A DNA stretch of 16,000 nucleotides, from NCBI GenBank assembly GCA_963763335.1, contig CAVXOA010000002.1, positions 1,312,914 through 1,328,913 of the forward strand, written 5' to 3'. A program made the translations under genes and the position numbers. Shown here piece by piece: positions 7,015 to 14,482 of the stretch (its first letter is position 1; the number at the start of each line of letters is the position of its first letter). The notes beneath the pieces were generated by a model. That model saw only the letters and a program-made list of their open reading frames with translations. It was not told the DNA's origin and did no database searches. Source of the DNA: an uncultured Planctomycetota bacterium. Lineage in GTDB: Bacteria > Planctomycetota > UBA1135 > GCA-002686595.

Positions 7015-8142
7015 TCAACGCTCTTTTTCCATGGTCAAGTGAACGCTCTTCGCATCCTCGAGGAGCAGGTACTCCGGGCGAGGGAGGGTGAAACTCAGCT
7101 CCATGTAGCCGCTCGCGCGGAAACTGATCGTCCAAGGTCCAGCTCCCAGCAGGGATCCCTCGATTCTCCAGCGTCCATCGTCTCCCACGACAGCAACCGG
7201 GACGCCGTTCACGGAGATGTTCGCACCGGGAATCGTCTTGTCGCTCGCGTCGGCGACCACGCCCTCCAGGCACAGAGTCTCGATCGGCTCGACGGGGATC
7301 TCTACCGGAGGGAACTCAGCGGACACAACTTCCGGCTGCTCGATCCATTCCTGTAGCGATGCGTGCCCCTCGTCGAACGCGAACGCGAAATACCCCCCAT
7401 CCGGCTCCTCACAGATCGGCACGCGCAGCATCGTGATCTCTCCATTTGGTCCCGAGGTGGCGAGAAGGCCGAGAGCCCCGACGAACTCCTCGCACTCAAG
7501 ATTCGGCCATGCATACCAGGCACGGATTCTCTGCCACGTTCCCCAGGCCGGCAGCACTAGCACGGCACAGCCCGGCACACTCTCGCCCCGAGCGTTCACA
7601 GTGCGCAACCGGATCGTCGCCGTCCTTGCATTGGCCAATACGTCCAGCGGCTGGTCGATATGCCCATCGTCCTGCAGGTCATTAATGGTGAGTTGCTGAT
7701 ATCCGGCCCACTCCTTCGACCAGGCGGTCACCAGGCACCGCGAACTTGCGAGCGTCTGGAGGTCAAGTGCAACGGTGAAGTGTCCCCCTTCCGCGCTCAC
7801 GCAATCCCCAATGATGGTCTTCTCCATCATCAGACGCCCGGACACACTGGGTGACTCGACGTACCTTATGAGGGAGGTCACTGCTCGTACACCAGGTAAA
7901 CCGCGCCCGGTGCCTGCCTCGATGATCCTGCATTCCAACGAGATTCCGCGCGGGCCATTCGCGCCATCGTCTTGCGAGCTGCGACTCTCGGGCAATTCAG
8001 GCAGGACCGATTCGGCGTCCCGATCAGGAGCCCCAACATCCTGAGTCGCTCCGCTGCCGCAGGCGGCAGCCCACACCGCAACGGTGCCGCAGAGAAACAA
8101 GGCCGCGGGGTACCCAACACCGAAATGCCTGGGGATGAGCAT
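7015..8142 (-). CDS. Putative lipoprotein with a C-terminal carboxypeptidase-regulatory-like (Ig-like beta-sandwich) domain
   Basis: 375-aa ORF with ATG at 8142. Signal peptide with a lipobox-like cysteine (ALFLCGTVAVWAAACGSG), followed by a low-complexity linker. The C-terminal segment LEGVVADASDKTIPGANISVNGVPVAVVGDDGRWRIEG fits the CarboxypepD_reg pattern. Confidence 0.7.
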   Translation of the reverse strand: MLIPRHFGVGYPAALFLCGTVAVWAAACGSGATQDVGAPDRDAESVLPELPESRSSQDDGANGPRGISLECRIIEAGTGRGLPGVRAVTSLIRYVESPSVSGRLMMEKTIIGDCVSAEGGHFTVALDLQTLASSRCLVTAWSKEWAGYQQLTINDLQDDGHIDQPLDVLANARTATIRLRTVNARGESVPGCAVLVLPAWGTWQRIRAWYAWPNLECEEFVGALGLLATSGPNGEITMLRVPICEEPDGGYFAFAFDEGHASLQEWIEQPEVVSAEFPPVEIPVEPIETLCLEGVVADASDKTIPGANISVNGVPVAVVGDDGRWRIEGSLLGAGPWTISFRASGYMELSFTLPRPEYLLLEDAKSVHLTMEKER

Positions 8143-8163
8143 GGGTAGGCATCTAGCCTAGCG

Positions 8164-8228
8164 TACGGCATTCGGTCACCGCCCGGACATCCGCTTCTGC
8201 TCCCCGGCCAAGGGCGAGGCGGAGGGGC
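8164..8228 (-). repeat. Intergenic module copy 3 (upstream of the start at 8142)
   Basis: Plus strand: TACGGCATT (8164-8172) matches copy 2's TACCACGGCATT. TCCGCTTCTGCTCCCC follows, then GCCAAGGGCGAGGCGG (8207-8222), which matches copy 2 at 14/16 positions. An imperfect hairpin spans 8201-8227 around the loop AAGGGCGA. Confidence 0.55.
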
Positions 8229-8301
8229 TTCGTGGCGGTCATTGCCAAGTGCATGCCGCAGCGGAGCAACATCACATCTCCCTGAGGCACCGCGCGGTGC
8301 A

Positions 8302-8697
8302 TCAGAACAGCACCTTGGCGGCGAGAATCCCGAGTATGGCTGCTGGATATGCCGCAAGAAGACCAAACCAGGGATGACAGAGAGTAACCATTGCGACACA
8401 GACCTCTACGAGAACCAATGTGAGCGCAAATCCCCAAACAAGGCTTTTTCCTCGCAGTGCCCATACAGCGAACGCTGTCAAACCAAGCGACGTTGGAAAC
8501 CCGACGAATATGATCAACATCCAAATAAGTGGATTGAACAGAAACGCCACGAATCCAATTCCTGTATTCTCGGGGTTCTTGAATAGGAATGCCTCGCGAA
8601 CCCAGAGAAACAGAAATACTGTCGTTACGATCCCACTCACCGACAGCAACCAAACCAAAAGGAGTACTTCCCACTCAGCATGGGGTGTGTCCTCCAT
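8302..8697 (-). CDS. Small polytopic membrane protein (4-5 TM helices), hypothetical, markedly low GC
   Basis: The frame has consecutive TM helices (WEVLLLVWLLSVSGIVTTVFLFLWV, IGFVAFLFNPLIWMLIIFVGF, LGLTAFAVWAL, LVWGFALTLVLVEVCVAMVTL, FGLLAAYPAAILGILAA). ATG at 8697 (MEDTPHAEW...) is preferred. The ORF-track start at 8760 is a GTG lying inside the repeated intergenic module. Confidence 0.65.
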   Translation of the reverse strand: MEDTPHAEWEVLLLVWLLSVSGIVTTVFLFLWVREAFLFKNPENTGIGFVAFLFNPLIWMLIIFVGFPTSLGLTAFAVWALRGKSLVWGFALTLVLVEVCVAMVTLCHPWFGLLAAYPAAILGILAAKVLF

Positions 8698-8712
8698 TGG
8701 CAGCGAATCACG

Positions 8713-8768
8713 TACCACGGCTACGCGAACTCCACAGGCTCCCCGCTCCGCCGAGGGCACGGCGGGAC
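8713..8768 (-). repeat. Intergenic module copy 1 (upstream of the start at 8697)
   Basis: Plus strand: TACCACGGC at 8713-8721, then GCCGAGGGCACGGCGG at 8750-8765, identical to copy 2 at 15/16 positions. Hairpin CCGCCG-AGGGCA-CGGCGG at 8748-8765 (6-bp stem, 6-nt loop). Confidence 0.6.
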
Positions 8769-8775
8769 GCGGGCG

Positions 8776-9786
8776 TCAGCGCGCCTGGAGCCACGCACGG
8801 TCTGATCCCGAGTGGTCGTAGCAGTCTCTGCAGTCGAGGAACTGTGTGATTGCCTCCCACGCGACGAGCGCATCCCTGAGTGTCAGCCAGTCAGCATCCC
8901 CCAGCGATAGCGGATTGAATTCCCGCGGCTCGACAAGCGTCAACGTCCCCTCGGCCGCGCGCACAACAAGCTTGCGCTCCGGCCGCCACTGCGCAGAGTC
9001 GCCGATTACTCGATCATTGAAGCCGACGCAGGATTCCAGATTCGATCGGAGGAGCCGCCATCCCGCTTCCTCGAGCTGGAGCGTCCGCACTTCCTCGTGA
9101 GAGGCAAGCGCAACCGCTAGCCGGCAGCTTCCCTCGGCGAGGATGCGAGCGTCGAACCATTGGCGTCGCCCGACATTGTCGCGGAGCGACTGACTGCGTG
9201 CGTGCACGCTCACCAGCTCCGGCGCGAAGCGGGCCAGGACTTCGATGTAGTTCACGACATCGACGAGCCGGGAGTCGTAACCCACTACCCTCAACACCTC
9301 CGGAGCGCCAGAGCAGTGAACAAGCTCTTCGCCCTCGACGACCCGGATCGGCATGATCCCGTCTCCGGAACCGACGTTGCGAAGTATGGAATTCGTGCCG
9401 AACCGTAGCGACACGGCATCACGCACTTCAGGTGGGGCACTCCCGAGCTTGCCGTCTGGCGATAGCAGGAACAGCGCGCGCTGTCCGATATCCGCGGTGG
9501 TCGTGTCACACGTCCATGTCCCCCACACTTCGTGGTAGACCACCTTGAGGTCCTGGGGTCCCTTGAGCACCCGTTCCACCACGATCCGCGCGATCGGCAG
9601 AGCAGAGTCGAAGCCATCGGTCGGCCAGTCGATGCCAGGGGTCTCGATCCTGATTACTTCATCGACATGACCGATGCACACCAGCGTTGCACGGTCCACG
9701 TGGTCCGCGAGCGAGACATAGGCCTTCTCAGGCACCGAGCTTGCCGGGGAGAAGACCGACAACACGAGATAAGGCATCACCAGCAT
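8776..9786 (-). CDS. Hypothetical exported protein with no recognisable domain
   Basis: 336-aa ORF with ATG at 9786 and a short hydrophobic N-terminus (MLVMPYLVLSVFSPASS). The amino-acid composition looks coding, unlike the overlapping R/P/S-rich shadow frames. I recognise no motif. The C-terminal tail is Cys/Asp-rich (FLDCRDCYDHSGSD). Confidence 0.65.
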   Translation of the reverse strand: MLVMPYLVLSVFSPASSVPEKAYVSLADHVDRATLVCIGHVDEVIRIETPGIDWPTDGFDSALPIARIVVERVLKGPQDLKVVYHEVWGTWTCDTTTADIGQRALFLLSPDGKLGSAPPEVRDAVSLRFGTNSILRNVGSGDGIMPIRVVEGEELVHCSGAPEVLRVVGYDSRLVDVVNYIEVLARFAPELVSVHARSQSLRDNVGRRQWFDARILAEGSCRLAVALASHEEVRTLQLEEAGWRLLRSNLESCVGFNDRVIGDSAQWRPERKLVVRAAEGTLTLVEPREFNPLSLGDADWLTLRDALVAWEAITQFLDCRDCYDHSGSDRAWLQAR

Positions 9787-9799
9787 CGTCAGGAGAGAC

Positions 9800-9862
9800 T
9801 ACCACGGCATTGCCCGCAGATCGCAGGTTGCCCTCTCGCCCCTGCCGAGGGCGCGGCGGGGC
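9800..9862 (-). repeat. Intergenic module copy 2 (upstream of the start at 9786)
   Basis: Plus strand: TACCACGGCATT at 9800-9811 and GCCGAGGGCGCGGCGGGGC at 9844-9862. A hairpin spans 9840-9861 (GCCG-AGGGCG-CGGC, extended by T.G, C-G, C-G, C-G). Confidence 0.6.
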
Positions 9863-9988
9863 CGGACAAGTTCGATTGGTGGCTTCAGGGCTGTTCCATC
9901 CCGGCATGAGGAAGTCGATGTCGTCTGGGCTCATGTGGGCAATACTCGAGAACTGCTTCGTGATCCCTACCGTGCCAGTTGAAATCCT

Positions 9989-11863
9989 TCACGCACCTCT
10001 GCCGGCGCAAGGGTGACCTCGACCCGGCTCTCGGGGAGACCATCGATCCAGAGTTCGTATCGGCCGGGTGTCAGGTCCAGGAATTTCGAAAAGCGCTTTG
10101 CTGTCGGACTGGGTCTCCAGCAGCGAGGTGTAGTTGCTCGACTCCTCCGGAGAGAGTGGGTCCAGCAGTCGTCCTCGGATCGTCACGCCCCGGAGCGGTT
10201 GGCTGGAAGTGGAGACCGAACCCCGCAGCACCGCGCGCCTGGATGCCTTCACGGGTTGGCCGTTGACCTCATTTTCCAACCAAACTTCTGCGACAGGGTT
10301 TCCTGTATCAGAAGAGATCATCGCGACCTGCCGGCCCCACGGCACCTTCGCGAGCACGACTCCATTGCTCGCCTGTTCCATGTCGCTCTGCGATACCTCG
10401 GGTAAGAGTCCTTGGTTGTTCTTGGGGGTAGAGAAGAAGCTCGCGATCCGCGTGTTTGTCCAGGGCACTCCACGTTCATCCACGAGTCGAAGCACGAAAC
10501 GTTCGCCCAGTTTGAGAAGCAGATCAAGCGGCGGTGCCCCGGCCTCGACCGTCCCACACCAGAGTGCAAACCAGGGTTGGCCGGGTACCTCGGTCGGGAC
10601 GGCTGCGAAGAGTTCCATGTTCATCCCCACGCCGACACTGAATCGAAACTCTCCCTGTTCATCTAGGGTCGTCTCCGGGCCAGTCCATCGATCATCAATG
10701 AAGCCGGGGTAGCCGATCGATAGGTGAGCTCGGCTCGCCGGCCGACCGTCCGGCCAATGAACTCTCCCACTCAGCTCGCAAGGATCCGGAACCATTAGAT
10801 CCTGTCTGATACTCGAACCGGCCGCGACCTGTCCCAGATCCAATGGGGTCGATGCGCGAACGCTCAGCCCGGCTGCTGTGGAATCGGCGGTCGCCTGCAC
10901 CACGATTCGTCCGGACGGCAGACCAAGGAGAGCGTACTCGCCCTGAGCATCACTCTGTGCTCCCCATGACGCGTACGGATCCGCGGGATCGCCGCCAAAG
11001 ATTACACCAGTGACGCGCGAGCCCTGCAGAGCCTCACCTCGTGGCGTCACGACTCGGCCGGACAGACCCACCCCTGTATGAATCGGGATGTTCACCCGAG
11101 AAGTTGCCCCGGAGTCGACCTGCACTCGAGGCACCTTCTCTCCTCGAAACTGCTCCGACTTGCAGGAAAGCCAGTACTGCCCAGCCCGGAGCCCTTCGAA
11201 CCTGTAGAAGCCCGCCGCGTCCACCCGGGCTGACTGGGCTTCCCCGTTGGAGGGATCCGGGTCCTCACCACCATGTAGAAGAACATCTATCTCGACGCCA
11301 ATGAAGCTCATGGACGTGTCAGGAATGAGCTGGCCCTCGATCCGGCCCCGAAGCAGCGCACGGAGGATGTGCACCTCACGGCAATCGATCAGCGTCACGA
11401 GTGGCGAGTACTCGAGCGCCACTCGCTTCGAGTCGAGGTCGAAGCGGCACCAAGCGGAGCCTGCAGGAATCGGTGCGGAGAAAGCGCCGTCAACATCGAG
11501 GCCGAGCCGACGTACGTTCGTTGTCGATCCGTCCCCTCCGAAGGTCACCACGACCTTGGGCTCGGCCGGGAGGATTTCCTCTGGCAGGATGACGCGGCCC
11601 AGCAAGTGCGGTCCGGTAGGAGGAGGATCCGCCGCCCCCACTTGCTCTCGCTCAGGAAGGGTCGAATCCGCGACGACTGATTGGGCATCCTCCATCGCCG
11701 GAGAGGCAGCATCCAATGAGGAGGCCGTCGCGGCCTCGGGCAAGGTGTATTCCCGATCGTCGTGCGTTTCACTCGACGGGGACGATCCCTCGGTGATGAT
11801 CAGGATCGCTGCGCCTACAGCGATGGCGACAAGGGCGAGAACTGTCCAGAAACGCGCCTTCAT
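9989..11863 (-). CDS. N-terminally membrane-anchored protein with about five tandem carboxypeptidase-regulatory-like domains
   Basis: TM anchor MKARFWTVLALVAIAVGAAILII, then a Ser/Asp/Glu-rich linker. The CarboxypepD_reg-type pattern then repeats: LLGRVILPEE..., IEGQLIPD...DAAGFYRFEGLRAGQYWL, LSGRVVTPRGEALQGSRVTG...DAQGEYALLGLPSGRIVV, LSGRVHWPDGRPASRAHL...DEQGEFRFSV, LRGSV...VTIRGRLLD...ALFEIPG. ATG at 11863 is preferred over GTG at 11887 because the upstream-module spacing matches copy 3. Confidence 0.75.
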   Translation of the reverse strand: MKARFWTVLALVAIAVGAAILIITEGSSPSSETHDDREYTLPEAATASSLDAASPAMEDAQSVVADSTLPEREQVGAADPPPTGPHLLGRVILPEEILPAEPKVVVTFGGDGSTTNVRRLGLDVDGAFSAPIPAGSAWCRFDLDSKRVALEYSPLVTLIDCREVHILRALLRGRIEGQLIPDTSMSFIGVEIDVLLHGGEDPDPSNGEAQSARVDAAGFYRFEGLRAGQYWLSCKSEQFRGEKVPRVQVDSGATSRVNIPIHTGVGLSGRVVTPRGEALQGSRVTGVIFGGDPADPYASWGAQSDAQGEYALLGLPSGRIVVQATADSTAAGLSVRASTPLDLGQVAAGSSIRQDLMVPDPCELSGRVHWPDGRPASRAHLSIGYPGFIDDRWTGPETTLDEQGEFRFSVGVGMNMELFAAVPTEVPGQPWFALWCGTVEAGAPPLDLLLKLGERFVLRLVDERGVPWTNTRIASFFSTPKNNQGLLPEVSQSDMEQASNGVVLAKVPWGRQVAMISSDTGNPVAEVWLENEVNGQPVKASRRAVLRGSVSTSSQPLRGVTIRGRLLDPLSPEESSNYTSLLETQSDSKALFEIPGPDTRPIRTLDRWSPREPGRGHPCAGRGA

Positions 11864-11902
11864 TGGGAGGAAGTGTAGTGCTGTCACCCTGGATCGCCGC
11901 TG

Positions 11903-11968
11903 TGCTCACCAGGTGCAGCAGTCCGAGTCTGCTCTCGGATCCCAAACGAGCGCTCGGCGCGGGGGGCT
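11903..11968 (-). repeat. Intergenic module copy 4 (degenerate, upstream of the start at 11863)
   Basis: Read on the minus strand, CCGAGAGCAGACTCGGA and GGTGAGC align with copy 3's CCGGGGAGCAGAAGCGGA and GGTGACC. A perfect hairpin TCCGAG-TCTGCT-CTCGGA lies at 11922-11939 and the palindrome CGAGCGCTCG at 11947-11956. The GGCGCGGGGGGC block is only loosely similar to the block in copies 1-3. Confidence 0.35.
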
Positions 11969-11981
11969 GCTCGCTCGGGCT

Positions 11982-13433
11982 CTACTTGGCCCACAGCTTC
12001 GACACGGACTCCGCGAGGATCTGCTGGATGACCTTTCCTGTCGAGCCCGAGGCAACCTGGACACCGCCTCCCCAGAAGCCCGTGTCCGGTGCACCTACGA
12101 TTAGATCGACGACGCCATCTGCGTCAATGTCGCCCAAGGAATCCACGCTGGATCCAAATCGGAAGGGAGCCCAGTCCTCGCGCTCGAAGTTCAGGAAGTG
12201 CCTCGTCTTGCCCGTCTTGCTCGATCCAATCTCGGCCCATCCCACGTCTCCACCACACCAGAAACCGTTCGGAGCACCGACCAGCAGATCATGGATGCCG
12301 TCTCCATCGATGTCTCCGAGCGGTGCGATCGCGTGTCCGTACTCGCTTTCTTCGCGACAGCGGAACTCATCCAGTTGCAGCAGGGAAGATGGCTCTGTGG
12401 AGCTGAGACCCAACACTGCATCGCGCAGGGCGAGGATGATGACTGCGCCACCGTAGTCAGGTGCGGCGCCATACCAGGGGGCGCCGACTGCAAATCCGGG
12501 AGTGCCCTTCTCATCGATACTCCCGAGAACACGTACCGCTGTACCAAAGCCGCTCGAGGGGAACGGGTCCACGCACTGAGCCAAGACGTCGCCCTTCGAT
12601 CCAGAGAGGAGGAATACGGCTCCCGTCCGATCGGCGTCGCTCCCCGGAGCACCGACCACCACATCGAGACCGCCATCTCCGTCCAGGTCTGGGCTGAGGT
12701 CCAGCGCTGATCCAAAATGGCCATCTCGTACGGACCCGACTCGGGCACGGATTCCCTTGTAGCTGGGTCCGGTGAATGTCCAAACGGAGCCGAATCCTTC
12801 GTCCTCTGGAGCTCCCACTGCGATGAGGCTGCTGCCGCCCGAAGATGCAGCGGCGCGAATGCATGCACCGAAGCCGTCCCCTAGCTGGACGGAACTCAGA
12901 GTAATCAGCCCATAGCCGTCCTTGCCTGAATAGAGTCGAACGAAGCCTGGCACCGTCCCGTTGCCCGGCGCTCCAATCAAGATGTCAGCGTGGCCATCGC
13001 CGTTGACATCTCCGGTGGCTGCCACCGAGTGACCGAAACGATTGCCCTCCACATCGCCGTACCAGTGGTGGAGCACCGCGAAGTCCTTCCCCGAGAAGAC
13101 CCAGGCGCTGCCGCGCTCCACGTCCACCCAGGTCATCCCATTGCTATTGCCTTGCCGCCAGTTGAATTGCACCTCGTTCGAAGGAGCGCCGACGACGAAA
13201 TCCGGTGTCCCATCTGCATTGACATCCTTGAGGCCGGCCACTGCCCAGCCAAACAGGTTCATCGGCTTCTCCCCTATCCGCCATCCGATCTCACGGAGTT
13301 CGCGAAGACTCGGCGACCGCGATTGAGCGGCAGCTCCGGGGAGAAGGTACGCAGCAAGCCCAACAAGATCGACGATACCAACCACGCAGAACCTCCGCGC
13401 TGACCCAGGGACCCGGACGGCCCCCTCCAACAC
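11982..13433 (-). CDS. Secreted FG-GAP repeat protein, complete 7-blade integrin-alpha-like beta-propeller
   Basis: 483-aa ORF with a GTG start at 13433 and a signal-like N-terminus (SARRFCVVGIVDLVGLAAYLLPGAAAQS). It has seven x-GAP blade ends: FVVGAP, ILIGAP, IAVGAP, VVVGAP, FAVGAP, LLVGAP, LIVGAP. Five canonical DxDxDG Ca-binding loops are present: DVNADGTPD, DVNGDGHAD, DLDGDGGLD, DIDGDGIHD, DIDADGVVD. Confidence 0.9.
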   Translation of the reverse strand: MLEGAVRVPGSARRFCVVGIVDLVGLAAYLLPGAAAQSRSPSLRELREIGWRIGEKPMNLFGWAVAGLKDVNADGTPDFVVGAPSNEVQFNWRQGNSNGMTWVDVERGSAWVFSGKDFAVLHHWYGDVEGNRFGHSVAATGDVNGDGHADILIGAPGNGTVPGFVRLYSGKDGYGLITLSSVQLGDGFGACIRAAASSGGSSLIAVGAPEDEGFGSVWTFTGPSYKGIRARVGSVRDGHFGSALDLSPDLDGDGGLDVVVGAPGSDADRTGAVFLLSGSKGDVLAQCVDPFPSSGFGTAVRVLGSIDEKGTPGFAVGAPWYGAAPDYGGAVIILALRDAVLGLSSTEPSSLLQLDEFRCREESEYGHAIAPLGDIDGDGIHDLLVGAPNGFWCGGDVGWAEIGSSKTGKTRHFLNFEREDWAPFRFGSSVDSLGDIDADGVVDLIVGAPDTGFWGGGVQVASGSTGKVIQQILAESVSKLWAK

Positions 13434-13740
13434 CGCTACCGTGCTCGGGTTGCGGTGATGTCGTCACGGTCCGCGAGAAGCAGGCCGCCTTTCCCTCGCC
13501 TGGGTTCCCGAACAGCGGATGGCTGTGGAACTGCTCCACCCTGCTTGTCAGCAGCGCCTCGACCCGCAATCAAGGGCGACCCCGACGCCGAGAAGATGTT
13601 TCCTTCGGCCAGTCTGCGCAGCCTCGATCTCGGCCCCGGGCGGGTCGCGGCTGAGCAAGGCAGTGCGGCGAGTGCGACCGGGTGATGGCCCTGGGGGCGG
13701 GCCTCGATCGTCACTGGTAGGCCGGAATCGGCCCGCTGAA

Positions 13741-14184
13741 TCAGAGCCGCACGATATCCGGTGGGTGGTGCCGCATCCTGTGCCAGGCCGCGTGTGCAAT
13801 CGGCCCACCCACTACTCCCAGGATGAACCCGAGGGGGCCAGTGAAGAGGATCCCAAGGAGCGGTCCCTGGTTCGCCTCCGGTGTGAAAATGATGGGACCG
13901 AAGAACCCGCCAGCAAAGCCGATTCCGCCAACGACCATTCCCCCGAGCAACGCGACTCTCATGCGAGCCAGAGATTGCGGTCGAGCGCCGCGCAAGGCGA
14001 ACCACGCACAAAGCGTGACCACCACGGTCAGAAACCCCAGGACGACCATGGCCAGGGGAGAGATGGTGCCGTCTCGTACACGATTCGACAGCCCCACGAT
14101 GAGAGGAGAGGAGAGCAACACCGCTGCCGCGGCCGCCACGATCCGCAAAAACCAAAAAAAGGGGGATGTACTCGGTATTTCCAT
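13741..14184 (-). CDS. Small polytopic membrane protein (about 4 TM helices), hypothetical
   Basis: 147-aa ORF with TM segments FFWFLRIVAAAAAVLLSSPLIVGL, LAMVVLGFLTVVVTLCAWFAL, VALLGGMVVGGIGFAGGFFGPIIF and LLGILFTGPLGFILGVVGGPIA. Preferred over the overlapping 294-aa and 232-aa R/G/P-rich frames. Confidence 0.6.
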   Translation of the reverse strand: MEIPSTSPFFWFLRIVAAAAAVLLSSPLIVGLSNRVRDGTISPLAMVVLGFLTVVVTLCAWFALRGARPQSLARMRVALLGGMVVGGIGFAGGFFGPIIFTPEANQGPLLGILFTGPLGFILGVVGGPIAHAAWHRMRHHPPDIVRL

Positions 14185-14288
14185 GGCGGGCTCCTACTCG
14201 ACTCGTTGACTGACTGATTCTTCGCTGCTCGCTAGGAGAACCTAATCCACCGCGACCAGATCCGCGGCGCACAAGCGTTGACCCAGCC

Positions 14289-14305
14289 GATTCGCCCTGC
14301 GAATC
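14289..14305. promoter_or_regulatory. Operator-like palindrome GATTCGC-CCT-GCGAATC in a divergent intergenic region
   Basis: Perfect 7-bp inverted repeat with a 3-nt spacer, 6 nt downstream of a TTGACC hexamer (14278-14283). It lies in the 298-bp spacer between the divergent genes 13741-14184 (-) and 14483-15445 (+). Confidence 0.25.
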
Positions 14306-14482
14306 AACGATTGGAAGCATGCGGGGGGCGAGGATGCACGCCGAGCTCCAACCCGAGGGTGGGAACTCCGGATTCCGCCGGGGCTGGGTCAGCTCGCATC
14401 CCCCTCGCCCCCGTTCCGGACGGCGGTCAAGGATCAGGTAGGTTCAGGCGAAACCCTGCCGCCTCGCCGCTGTTGCAACGCT

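Noticed and set aside
8242-8586. 114-aa plus-strand Cys/Lys/Glu-rich ORF, and the 8153-8674 (-) ORF, in the low-GC pocket
   Set aside because: They overlap the TM-helix-rich frame 8302-8697. Low-GC stretches open several frames by chance, and there is no signal, motif or start context supporting them.
9728-9934. 68-aa minus-strand ORF in the 9787-9988 spacer
   Set aside because: It overlaps the repeated intergenic module and the start of the 336-aa gene in another frame. The composition is P/R/G-rich. The module is also present where no such ORF exists, so its conservation is at the nucleotide level.
8143-11981. Integron-like cassette array, with the repeated spacers acting as attC sites
   Set aside because: There are no GTTRRRY/RYYYAAC core sites at the repeat ends and no intI integrase or attI in the window. 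The cassettes would be unusually large (up to 1.9 kb). The repeat position tracks the downstream start codon rather than the upstream stop.
8380-13990. Shared W-x-ALRG motif (FAVWALRGKS versus CAWFALRGARP) suggesting the two small membrane proteins are paralogues
   Set aside because: This is only a ~6-residue match at a TM-loop junction. The remaining sequence, helix spacing and composition differ, so it is probably coincidental.
14154-14165. A7-G5 homopolymer run (T7 on the coding strand) in codons 8-10 of the 13741-14184 gene, a possible phase-variation tract
   Set aside because: Seven nucleotides is below the tract length usually associated with slipped-strand switching. The run simply encodes Phe-Phe-Trp-Phe in a hydrophobic N-terminus.
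13436-14320. 294-aa (-) and 232-aa (+, 13519-14217) ORFs overlapping the 147-aa membrane-protein frame
   Set aside because: The composition is R/G/S/P-rich and low-complexity. The 13741-14184 frame gives four clean TM helices and is the more credible gene.
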